A program made the translations under genes and the position numbers. Under the pieces are notes generated by a model. It saw only the letters and a list, made by a program, of their open reading frames with translations, had not been told where the DNA came from and did no database searches. From NCBI GenBank assembly GCA_951406725.2, contig OX597821.1:44268001-44332000 (forward strand): 64,000 bases of DNA. The letters are read 5' to 3'. This DNA comes from Octopus vulgaris. Taxonomy: Eukaryota. Position 1 is the stretch's first letter. Each line of letters starts with the position of its first letter. Shown piece after piece: positions 52,203 through 64,000 of the stretch.

Positions 52203-52434
52203 AGGTGGCGAGCTGGCAGAAACGTTAACATGCCGGGCGAAATGCTTAGCAGTATTTCGTCTGTCGTTACATTCTGAGTTCAAATTCTGCCGAGGTCAAC
52301 TTTACCTTTCATCCTTTCGGGGTCGATTAAATAAGTACCAGTAACACACTGGGGTCAATATAATCGACTTAATCCGTTTGTCTGTCCTTGTTTGCCCCTT
52401 CTGTGTTTAGCCCCTTGTGGGTAGTAAAGAAATA
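52203..52434 (+). mobile_element. SINE family B, full length, with 8-bp target site duplication
   Basis: AGGTGGCGAGCTGGCAGAAACGTTAACATGCCGGGCGAAATGC..GAGTTCAAATTC; TSD GGGTGTTA at 52195-52202 and 52435-52442. Other copies near 16670, 44870, 47335, 51190, 53900 and 57730. Confidence 0.9.
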
Positions 52435-52967
52435 GGGTGTTATGGTATGAGAGAAAAGGTTGGGCTAATGAAGGTTCTTGTAAGTTACATGGTTGTTCAC
52501 ATTTTAGAGAGAGAGAATGAATTAGAGGCAACTCCAAGGAGATGGAAAGTGGTGATAAGGTGTCCATGTTGCATTTCAGGTACCAGGGGTAGTAATGGAA
52601 GGGGAGAGAGGGCTGCAAAAATGTCTGGAGTAAGTGATAGGGAGAAGTGGGAGAGGGAGGTGGGCAACATCTTGGGGAAGGGTTCAGAGGAAGGGTGCAT
52701 GAGTTGGTGAGGCTCCAAGGATGCTAATAGTAGGGTAGTAATGATAACATTGACAGTGGGGAGGAGAGACATATGTATGAGTAGGGTGCAATAGTAGAAG
52801 AGAGGTATAAACAGGCATAAAGCATAAGGAGAGATAATTTGGTGACATAATTTAGAGCAAGGAAGAAGAAATTTGAATTTAACTTGGCATTGTTTTCCTT
52901 TGACAGAGTGGTGAATGGTAAACAAGCCAGAGTTCAATTTGAAAAGAGAGGGTCACTTGTGGTATAA

Positions 52968-52998
<31 letters not shown>

Positions 52999-53016
52999 TG
53001 TATGTATGTATGTATG

Positions 53017-53047
<31 letters not shown>

Positions 53048-53184
53048 TAAACAAACTTTCGAAGTGCCAAATGTGTTGATACTTTACAGATAGTAAATTT
53101 CAAACAGTTCAAATGCAGTATAGCTGAGAAAACAGCAGATAAAGATGGGTTATTTATCCATAGAAAATGGGGAAATTGCCAGCA

Positions 53185-53259
53185 GGTGGCTATGGGGAAT
53201 TGAACCCCATACCTCTTGGATACTGATGAAGAGCTCTAAACGTTAAGCTAAACAGCACC
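53185..53259 (-). pseudogene. tRNA-like sequence (AGT, Thr-like, at the anticodon position), decayed, inside an inverted repeat
   Basis: Minus strand GGTGCTGTTTAGCTTAACGTTTAGAGCTCTTCATCAGTATCCAAGAGGTATGGGGTTCAATTCCCCATAGCCACC has an A-box, a perfect T arm, a bulged acceptor stem and a broken anticodon stem. Confidence 0.55.
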
Positions 53260-53537
53260 TGACAACAATCTTTATCTGTTGTTTTTACAGCTATACTGCC
53301 TTTGAAATTTATTTTCTTGTCTGTAAATGTGTGTGTGTGTGTGTGAATGTAAGGAGGTGGGAGGGTGCGAGGGGAAGTAAAGAATGGCTACAAATGTGAA
53401 AGTGGACATAGTGCTTTGCATTATGAATAAAAAGTCCACAGAAAAACTTTATAGAGAGCAGATCAGAAAAAAATAATATTTATGGCATCAAGCAACTACA
53501 AATATATATATATAGATAGATAGATAGATAGATAGAA

Positions 53538-53572
<35 letters not shown>

Positions 53573-53648
53573 TTGATATAGATATTGAGACAAATATATA
53601 TATATATTCGTATATGTGCATGTGTATATATATATGTATATATATATG

Positions 53649-53697
<49 letters not shown>

Positions 53698-54382
53698 ATG
53701 TGTTTATGTCTATGAGAATGATATATATGTTTGTGTGTGTGTGTGTATACTTATATAGATACATATGTATCATCGTTTTCATTTAATGTACACATTTCCA
53801 TGCTTGTATGGGTCAGACATAATTTGTCAAGGCAGATTTTTCTGCAGCTGGATGCCCTTCCTATCACTCACACTCACCTATTTCCAAACACAGTAATATT
53901 GATTCAAATTTCGGCACAAGGCATGGAATTTTTGTGGAAGGGGTAAGTCGATTAGATCAACCCCAGTGTTCAACTTGTACTTTATTTTATTGACCCAGAA
54001 AAGATGAAAGGCAAAGCTGACCATGGCAGAATTTGAACTCAGAATGTAAAGACAAACGAAGTGCCACATTGTTCAGTGTATTAACAATTCTGCCTGCTCA
54101 CTGCCTTCAGACAAGGTAATATTATCTCAGACATATTTTCTGTGAAAGACTGGAAACAACCTTGCTTGTATGAAAGGGGTGCTCATTTACAACTATCACA
54201 TAGTGTGTAGAGAAGGGAATACACAAACAAAACACACATCTATATAACATATACATGACAGGCTTCTTTCAGTTTCCATCTAGCAAATCTATTTACAAGG
54301 TTTTGGTCAACCTAGGGTTTATGAGAAGACACTTGCCCAAGGTACCATGCAGTAGGACCATGCAGTAAGACCCAATGACCAT

Positions 54383-54414
<32 letters not shown>

Positions 54415-54420
54415 GTGTAT

Positions 54421-54860
54421 GTTTGTTGGACACAGCATGAGACGACTGTTGTTATCGCTAGGCCTAACTCATCGTAAAGTCAATACCACCATGACTGATA
54501 TCCAATCTACAGTGGAGAAGGCTAACCACTGGATTTGGTTAAAAAGAGACGATGAGCGATGGCCAGAAGGATATTGAGTTTAACTTCATAACCAGCTGAT
54601 CTAGCAAGCGGGGCCTCATATCAGTGAGGGGGGGCCGGTGCACATGGATGCCATCGAGAGGTGGGCCCTGAAATGACGTGCATTCTCTCCTGATGATCCC
54701 ATACACTTGCTGGCTTCCAGTATACGGAGCTTTTGACTGGTAGCACTTGCATGTGCAAGTTGTTTGCAAGACATCTATATGTGCCGTGGAATGATCCTGA
54801 TGACCTCCATGTAATCAAAAGTGGTCTAACGCATTTCAATAAAATAAAGAACTGTCAAGT
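54421..54860 (+). mobile_element. Hero/NeSL-like RLE non-LTR retrotransposon 3' end
   Basis: FVGHSMRRLLLSLGL..IQSTVEKANHWIWLKRDD matches the Hero-type C-terminal AEKAS.WIW.KR motif. GC-richer 3' UTR follows; starts in a (TG)n tract. Confidence 0.65.
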
Positions 54861-55068
54861 GGACAGCAAACAGTTGACAGTGGACAGTTTGACAGCATTG
54901 ATCATTCGTATTGAATTACTATGTTAGTTTAATATTGTACCTACACTTGGCGTAGTACAGAGAATGTTCTGAGTGAATATATTAATTCTGTAAAAGGTTA
55001 TTCTAGATAACTATATCCAAATAGCAATAATAATTCTCTAAACGAGATATAGACAGTAACTGCTCCAT

Positions 55069-55451
55069 CACATAAGGGACATTAGCCATTTGAATGTGGC
55101 TAGAGACATGGCAGGGCGGTGGGGGTGTTACTGAATTGCTGTCGAACAGATTTTCGAAATCAGTAAATGTATTTACGTGAAAATCTATATATAAATATCC
55201 TGCACAGGAAGTTGTTCGTCGAGGAGCGGTGCCTGCCATACATTGACGATAGGCAAATACCTTGAAACCTGGGTCCGTATGTGGCATCTGCTTCTTCGGG
55301 GAATGATCTCCCTTTGCAGGATAGAGGACACCGTGATGGTGTCAGCCTATCTGGTGACGTTGATGATCGCCTGGGGCTAAATGCATCAGTAACACCCCCA
55401 CCGCCCTGCCCTGTCACTAGCCACATTCAAATGGCTAATGTCCCTTATGTG
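55069..55451 (+). mobile_element. Short PLE-like element with 66-bp inverted duplication and decayed hammerhead motif (55235-55285)
   Basis: Arms 55069-55134 and 55386-55451. Core GCCATACA TTGACGA T AGG-CAAATA-CCT T GAAAC CTGG GTC CGTATGTGGC. Confidence 0.6.
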
Positions 55452-56947
55452 GTATATCCAAATATTTATTTGGGTAATACTATTCTACACCCAGTCTGCA
55501 CTACAATGTCATCATAACATTATTGGCGAGACGATATTCAAACCCACGACATAACAGTATGTATATATATGTATATATGTATATATGTACATATGTGACA
55601 AAATATGTTTATTATACGTTAGAATATATATGATTGCACATAGACGACGACGACGATGATGATGATGATGATGATGATGATGACGACGACAACGATGAGG
55701 AGGAGTAGGAGGGGAGGACATTGAAGGTGATGGAGGTGGTAGTGGTAATGATGGTGATGATGATGTTAAAATTTGACTGAATTTCAATTAATTTAAGTTT
55801 CTTGTCTCACAGGCATTCAGCAGATGGCATATTAATGATGAATTTTCCTAGTGTTAACAGAATTATCTCTGATGTTCACTGCTGTGAGACAGCTTGTCTT
55901 GAACTTCTGCTGGATTCTCTTTGTTTTATGTCCACTAGATGAATCAAGCTCTTTTAATTATAGTCTATAATTTCTGAAATAAGGAATCAATAGTTATTAC
56001 ACATTGATGTAGTCAGACAAGTGTCCTCCTCATCAAGGTTGTTATAGTCATAACATCATAACATTTGAGCACTTGGACCCTCTGGCGTTTTTCAAGTACC
56101 TGTCTTATTCTGTAACATTCTTGGAGTTTTAAATAAAATCCTTTTGTCAAACAATGGAGGTAGATTGTTCTCGTTCTATTGTTCATGCCTGGGAATATTG
56201 TAATATTAGTAATTTCATATTAGTTATGCCACTTGTGTGTCCCACTTCAAACTTGGGATCATAGTAGAGTGAATACAAGTGTTGTGTTTTAGTCGCTACA
56301 ATTTAATTGGTGGGTAGGGGTTCAAATCCTTGCTTCAGGGAATTTGTGTGTATGTGCACGTGCGCGCATTTGCATTATCATTATCATCATTGTTTTAACA
56401 TTCATCTTTTTATGCATATCTAGATCAGTCAGAGTTAATTTAGGCAAATTTCCTACACCCAGATGCCTTTCCTGTCACCAACATTCACTTGTTTCCAAGT
56501 GTGTTTATATTTCCCCATGACCAGACATGTTTTCATGGAATACATGAAATGAATGACATTGCATGTATGGCAGTGACACTCATTTACAACTATCACACAA
56601 TGCCAAGACAAGGAGTCACGGGCATATACTTACACATATGTACGTACATATACATATATGATGGGCTAAAATATGATTATACATATACATATACAATGGG
56701 CTAAAATGTAATTACAGACTAGAGAAAAAATTTTATATCTAACCCTATGACTAACTCCACCAAGGGTCAGAAATGACCTAAATACATATATAATCCCCTT
56801 AAGGCACTTCAAATTAAAAGGTACACACCATGAAACAAACCAGTGAATGATAACAAGCAGACACATAACTATAGAACAAAATCCATTTTAAGACAACCAA
56901 GGAATTTTCATCATCAGCTGTCTAACAAATATCATCCTGATTTCGAC

Positions 56948-57026
<79 letters not shown>

Positions 57027-57539
57027 CATGTGTTTGTATGCTTTTAAACCAGAGTAAACGTACATAGAAGAGATATAACCATGGCAAATTGCACCACATC
57101 TCTATTGAGTGAAAAAGTGATGGACAGCCATAATCGATTTCTGACCCTAAATGGTGTCTCATCAGAGGTGTTTACATCACCTGGCCAATCTGTCTATATA
57201 CAGAACAAATCCAATAACTTCAGAGAACTGGAGCTACTAATTTGTATGCCTGAAGTATTTAACACTTTAGTCAATATCAGCAGCCTGTCAATGGGGATCT
57301 CACCCCACACAATATCAAGGTATGATATATGAAAACCTACCTTGAAGTACAAATATGGTGTTTGAATGTATGTATGTCATTATTCAGTTTATTTCAAGAT
57401 TTCTTGCCAATAGAGAAAGAACTGATTTCTAACCTAGATCCAGGACTCCTTCATTGGAATTTCAACATTAACAGCAGGGTATTTTTGTATGTATGTATGT
57501 ATGTATGTATGTATGTATGTATGTATGTATGTATGTATG

Positions 57540-57571
<32 letters not shown>

Positions 57572-57995
57572 CATGTATGTATGTATATACGTACGTACGT
57601 ACGTATGTATGTATGTATGTATGTATGTATGTATGTATGTATGTATGTATGTATGTATATATGTATGTATATATGCATGCATATAAGTATGTATAATGTG
57701 TTACTTGTAATTAATAATTGATAAATTTACAGTGAGGCAAGCTGGCAGAACCGTTAGCATGACTGGCAAAATGCTTAGCAGAATTTCATCTATCTTTAGG
57801 TTCAGAGTTCAAATTCTGCTGAGGTCGACTTTGATTTGCCTTTCATCTTTTTGGGGTCAATAAAATAAGTACCAGTTTAGTACTTGGATGGATCAATTTA
57901 ATTGACTTATTCTCTCTCTTGATATTGCTTGCCTAGTGCCAAAATTTGAAACCAATATATATTTACAAGATAGACACATATGCATACTCCGATAC

Positions 57996-58072
57996 TCTGT
58001 AAACTGAAATGTGTATAAACTGTATATAAAAAACATTTTTATATACAGTTTATACACATTTCCATTTACAGA
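57996..58072. repeat. Hairpin with a perfect 27-bp stem (58006-58032/58036-58062), 3-nt loop and 8-bp extension
   Basis: GAAATGTGTATAAACTGTATATAAAAA-ACA-TTTTTATATACAGTTTATACACATTTC. Confidence 0.92.
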
Positions 58073-59302
58073 TAGCTATATAGATAAATATTGTTGGAAA
58101 TAGATAAACGAATTTCAAATTTACAGTCAAGTAGGTTCCTCAAGGAAAAGAGATTGACCACACTGGGAAGCAACACTAGTGATAATATCTGATCACAAAA
58201 TACTGACATACCAGTAATTACTTGAGGACTTATAATATTTCTGAAACCCATATTGGTCTCAGTATACCATTTGAGGATATAGTGATAAAATGGAGTAACT
58301 GGAGAAAATAGTATGCAAAAGGAGACAATATGCAGGTTTTATCACTGCTCCTGTGTGTGAATGGTTCGTTAATTTATGGAAGAAAATAATTACTGACATT
58401 ATAGTTAAATTATTCAAGAAATGAGGAATTTTGAATAGTACAAAAGACATTGGACAATGCTGAAGGTGAAGAAACAGTAGACAATTCACAGCCTATAATT
58501 ATGAACAGTAATAAGGAAGATATGATGAAGAGGATCTATATGATAATATCGTTTCACCATGATCATTATAAAGGTTTATTCAGTACTGAAGATAATGACC
58601 GATGTGATTTTAATGAACTTTTGTGTTCAGAATCTTTAAAATTTACTGTATAATTCTTATTTAAAACGATATTAAATTTCTAGTTCAGTTTCTTATGCAT
58701 AAATAAGCTTATGAAGTCATTTGTATTCACAGTATTTCTCATTTTCGCATTAATATTTATAACCTTAAACTGCATTGAATTACTTAATTAGAAATATAAA
58801 TTCTGCACAGATATTATGTACTGTGATGGATGTTGCTGATTAAGGATGGAGGAGATGAGTAAAAACAGTAAATATAAATATTCATGAGAACCATTACACC
58901 ATGTGGTACAGACTTGACTGTGTGGTCAAGAAACTTGCTTTCCAACCACATAGTTTTGAGTTTAGTCCCATTGCATGTCTTCTATTAAAGCCCCGGGTCC
59001 TTGTAAGTCGTTTTAGTAAACAGATACTGAAAGAAGCACATCATATATATATATATATATAAGGCTGGTTAGTTTCATTATTTTTTCTTCTTTTTACCTA
59101 TGTGAATTACGAGTATTGCTGTCTGTGGAGATATATATGAAGCAACTTTTGCTGATCCCTTAATTATGTTTGTAATTATAAAAAACCTTTTCGTATAAGA
59201 TTTTACCGATAACATTTTTTTTTCTATACCGAACTACTAGGTAAAATTATTAATTATTAAATATATAATTCTTTACCCTATATCTATCTATCTATCTATC
59301 TA

Positions 59303-59380
<78 letters not shown>

Positions 59381-59639
59381 ATCATCATCATCATTTTAAT
59401 ATCCATTTTCTATGCTGGCATTGGTTGCATGGTTTGACAAGATCTGACCAGCTGAAGGCTCCATGTTTGTTTTGGCATGATTTCTATAGCTGGATGCCCT
59501 TCTTAATGCAAATTCCTTTACAGAGTGTACTGGGTGCTTTTATGTAGCACTGGAAAATACTTATCAATACTTTGGTCTTAGCTAAATTAACTCTATTGCT
59601 CTTTGATTCCAGTTCATACCTCTATACCTGAAATTTCTT

Positions 59640-60014
59640 CTCTTGGAGGAAGCAAGATTAACAAGAGGGGGCTAAGAACTGATCTCTGGTGGACTCCTAC
59701 TTGTATGCTAAACTCTTTGATATACTCATTGGCAACTCACACCTTACTGACAGCATTCCTGCACATGGCTTGTACAGCTCTCGCTAACTACTCATCTATC
59801 CCTAGCTTCCACATTATCCACCAAATAAGGAAGCATGGGACCCTGTCAAAGGCTTCCTCCATGTCAACAAAAGCCGGATACCGAGGATTATTTTTGGCCA
59901 AGTATTTCTCCTGCAGTTGCCTCACCAGAAAGACTCCTCTTGGCACAAATACAAACTGCGTCTCATCTATGTTAACTCTCTTCCTGATTAATTGAGCTAT
60001 GACCATTTCTGCAA

Positions 60015-60015
<1 letters not shown>
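59640..60015 (-). mobile_element. RTE-clade LINE reverse transcriptase fragment
   Basis: IDETQFVFVPRG..FLVRQLQEKYLAKNNPRYPAFVDMEEAFDRVP...VGVHQRSVLSPLLL, covering RT motifs D..KAFD and GV.QG..LSP.LF. Confidence 0.85.
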
Positions 60016-60060
<45 letters not shown>

Positions 60061-60094
60061 TGCATGCACACACGTATGCATACACACACAAACA

Positions 60095-60148
<54 letters not shown>

Positions 60149-60864
60149 CACGCATGCATCTCAAACGGGAGATTGGAAAATTTTTTGTCATTATCCATTC
60201 ACCATTACACATGTTTGATTTGCCAACAGGAGGTACAAAATTGTATGTGTTGTAGAAAACATGTAAAATATCTCCTATAAGAAATCCTTCAGACAGAGAA
60301 TCAAATAAGTTCATTTTTTGCAAGCATTTATCATTATAATTTAATGATATACAAAACTATTGAAAAGGTTGCCAGACTCAACGAAAATTTTAGGAAAATA
60401 AAAATAAGAAAAAAGTGGAAATTTTACCGGTGAATGTGTTATATTATAAGGTATAAAAAGAAAATGACTCTCCCCAGACACAACAGAATATGCTTCAACA
60501 CATGAACTCATATAAAGAATCTTGCAAACCAAATCCAAAAACGCAATGATGTAGATATCTCTTTATGCTGTCCACATTTGTCATCTCATCTACTGAAATT
60601 CCTATGGCAATGGAAGAGCAGCCACATGTGCAAATCTAAACAGGTGGAAGCATACACTCAGTTACAGCTTTCATCTGTCATCTATGCTTCAAATCACACA
60701 CATCTGCAGAAAGATTGAATAGTCATCTGAGAAGTCATGGATGTAAAGTCACAAGTGCCACTGATAATGAGGAAACAAAGGAGACAATAATCATTGGTAA
60801 AGATGGAGCAATCATCATGTGTGTGCATGCATGTGTTGGTGTGTATCATTGCTTTATATGTATA

Positions 60865-61157
60865 CTAGCAAGATACCTGGCCTTCTTTGGTATTAAAATG
60901 GCATAGTTTTTTTATTGTTTTACTTGTTTCAGTCCTGTGACTGTGGCCATGCTAGAGCACCGCCATTGGTCGAACAAATTGACCACAGGATTTATCCTTT
61001 GTAAGCTTAGTACTTATCTTATCAATGTCTTTTGCCAAACTGCTAAGTTATGAGAACGTAAACACAGCAACATCGGTTGTCAAGAAATGGTGGGGTACAA
61101 ACACAGACACACACACACACATACATACATACATACATACATACATACATACATACA

Positions 61158-61193
<36 letters not shown>

Positions 61194-61555
61194 TGAACAG
61201 GTATATAAATACATATTGAAAGTATAAGAAATGAAATTAATATATATATATATATAGATACATAATGAAAGTAATTGAAACTGAAACCATATAATAGTGA
61301 AAGTATTAATAGAGCTGTTATTGTTTCAGTTTTGACATGTAATACTGAAACAGTGTAAGAGAGAAGAGATTACTCCAGGCTTGTATTAGGCAAGAAGTTG
61401 AAAATTTTTTGGGCCCCGTGACACTGCATGAACCCTAAGTAAGGCAGGTGTAAAATTTAAATGAAATCGGTTGGGTAGTTCTTGAGTTTTAGTGATGCAC
61501 ACATACAGACACACAGACAGACAAACACATTCTCAGTTTTATATATATATATAGA
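60865..61555 (-). mobile_element. Non-autonomous Helitron-like element carrying a nested SINE A tail (60917-61110)
   Basis: Minus strand begins A|TCTATATATAT, has (GTCT)n near the 5' end, and ends CTAG|T at 60865. Confidence 0.55.
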
Positions 61556-62075
61556 TGATACTCACACACACACACACACATACACACACGCACATATATA
61601 TATAGAGAGAGAAAGTTTATTTTAATGCTCCTTTTTCCATTTTACCAGTTTTGCATGAGATTAAATCAGGGAAAAGTTTCCTATGGCTGGAATGTCCTTG
61701 CTGACTCCAATCATTACTTGTTTCTGAGCAAAGTCATAATACCTTAAACTATCAAACAAGGAATAGCCTGGACATCTGGAAGCAAACAACATTCCCTCTA
61801 TGAGCAGTGAGACTTTTGTTTACAATCACCAAACACATATGAAGATGAGAGGAAATACAAACGCATTCACAGAAGCATATATACACATACACAAACACTC
61901 ACATAATACATAGTTTCTGCCTTATACTTTCACATTCAATATATTGGTCAACACATGGGTATTGTATAGAAGACCATCTGACAGTATCCATGCAGTGGGC
62001 CTGAACCTCTAAAAACATAGTTCCAAAATGAAAATCATTATCACACAGCCATAAAAACAAATATATATATATATA

Positions 62076-62547
62076 TCATCATCATCATCATCATTTAACG
62101 TCCGCTTTCCATGCTAGCATGGGTTGGACGGTTCAACTGGGGTCTGGGGAGCCCGAAGGCTGCACCAGGCCAGTCAGATCTGGCAGTGTTTCTACAGCTG
62201 GATGCCCTTCCTAACGCCAACCACTCCGAGAGTGTAGTGGGTGATTTTATGTGCCACCGACACAGGTGCCAGACGAGGCTGGCGAACGGCCACGCTCGGA
62301 TGGTGTTTTTATGTGCCACCGACACAGGTGCCAGACGAGGCTGGCGAACGGCCACGCTCGGATGGTGTTTTTATGTGCCACCGACACAGGTGCCAGACGA
62401 GGCTGACGAACGGCCACGATCGGATGGTGTTTCTTACGTGCCCACAGCACGGAGGCCAGTCGATGCGGTACTGGCTACGGCCACGTTCGGATGGTTTTCT
62501 TGTGTGCCACCGGCACTGGTACCGCAAAGATACAAATTCCATTGATG

Positions 62548-62551
<4 letters not shown>
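62076..62551 (-). mobile_element. SINE family E with about 4.5 tandem 62-66 bp units
   Basis: Unit starts at 62249, 62311, 62373, 62436 and 62502; (CAT)n tail at 62076. Near-identical to 35951-36344. Older degenerate relatives near 9340, 12095, 15450, 17250, 27820, 32990, 51935, 53770, 56376, 59378, 61620 and 63910. Confidence 0.88.
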
Positions 62552-62583
<32 letters not shown>

Positions 62584-62816
62584 TTGATGTTTATACATTA
62601 TTTCACTGTATGGACATGTATCTATCTTTCTGTCTGTCTGTCTGATTGTCAGTCTGTCTGTCTGTCTGTCTGTCTCTCTCTGTCTCTCTCTCTCTCTCTC
62701 TCTTTCAATATATATAATGTGCGTGTGTATGTGTGTGTATGCATGTTTGTGTACATTATGTATATACAAGAACCTATTGAAATACATGTTTATATGTCTG
62801 TGTATTTATGAAATAC

Positions 62817-62866
<50 letters not shown>

Positions 62867-64000
62867 GTGATGGTACATTTCGAGTTCTATGATTCTATGG
62901 TTTAGTCTTTGTTTATTGATTAGCAATAGTTTGTTTTCCTTTTCGCTTGCAAATTTGCCATCTTTTATGAGAAATGGAAGATAAATATGATGAGTGTTTG
63001 ATGTTTGTAGATAAATGTCACTGTTGAGATTCCAAATCGTAGTTTGTCTCTATAAACTACAAGAAAATTCCTGCAATAATTTTCATATAAGCTGTTTATA
63101 AATGACGATCGAGCTTTGTTTATGCTTTATTATGACATAACATAAAATCACTTGTGTAAATGTCAGATAATATTAGAGTTAAACAGATGACGTCTGAAAT
63201 AAATATTTATAAATTGAATTTAAATACAATTTCATCTGTGTTCCGCCAGAGATGAAAAGCAAACTAACAAAAAACATAGCAGCGTTCATTAGTTTGTCTT
63301 TGTAGTTCATCAACTTTAACATATTTCTTATTTACAAGTGAAATACTTAATCTAATTTGGTTTTGGAGTTTTCTACAGGTTAGAATCACTTGTCTAAATG
63401 TTTGTTCATCTTTTCTGTCATCAACTTGTGCTGCTGATTACTTCCCTAATTTCAGACAGACTTGTTAGACCATGTAGTTCTAGTCTTCATTAGTGCAATA
63501 TTGTTAATGATGATGTTAGTGTTTCATCATTGAACTAATAATTTATTGTAAGTTTTTGTAGTTGAAATTACAATAACACATGTATAGTGAAAGTGCACAA
63601 CTTTTTTATGGTATACTCAAATAGCATGACTACTCCTCCACTTTTTATATGGCCAGGTTGCACATCAGATCTCTGAATTCTTTCACTCTCTCTCATCCTC
63701 CCACTCGCTTTCTCCTTCTCTCCCTCCTCTCTCATCTCTTCCTTTCCTTTCTTTCATCCTCTCTTCTGTCTTTCTCATTCTCTCTTTTTGCCTTTATTTC
63801 TCTTCTTTATTCTGTACATCTAAGATTCTCCCATCTTAATGACATTCAACAATGTACTTCTGATGCTTCACCAGTTTCTCCTTGAAGCAGTCTAAATTAA
63901 GCATGGGTCCTGTCCCATCCATGCCAACATAGAAGGCAGACGTTAAACAATGATGATAATGATGATAATATCCCTTCTATCTACGTGATTTAGTCAGGAA

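Noticed and set aside
53223-53245. CTGATGAAGAGCTCTAAACG resembling a hammerhead core
   Set aside because: No GAAA or proper stems; it is the reverse strand of the D and anticodon arms of the tRNA-like sequence.
54665-54700. GAAA...CTGATGA in the Hero-like 3' UTR as a type II hammerhead
   Set aside because: Stems I and II cannot be formed.
62245-62520. CRISPR-like appearance of the 62-bp arrays (also 35950-36175 and 28782-28891)
   Set aside because: Units repeat in full without unique spacers, there are no cas genes, and the context is a eukaryotic SINE.

Overview
Eukaryotic, AT-rich, microsatellite- and SINE-dense DNA. The SINE families and repeat landscape resemble those of Octopus (inferred, not searched). 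The only host-gene coding sequence I can support is two + strand exons (41836-42016, 45993-46183) that splice in frame into one complete CUB domain, SOL-1/Neto/tolloid-like. The rest is intronic or intergenic DNA filled with decayed transposons: Penelope-like (PLE) RT and GIY-YIG fragments, Gypsy, Tc1, mariner, Helitron, hAT and piggyBac-type MITEs, CR1, RTE, R4-like, Hero-like and Tx1-like LINE ends, and at least four SINE families. The most notable pattern is about ten type-I hammerhead-ribozyme-like motifs from several unrelated short elements. They have tiny palindromic stem III, sometimes long stem II inserts, and include G3-C8 and C4 core variants. Four of the loci lie in inverted terminal duplications, and most abut (TA)n tracts. 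Most long ORFs in the supplied track are microsatellite artefacts. All calls come from reading the sequence by eye, with no database searches.
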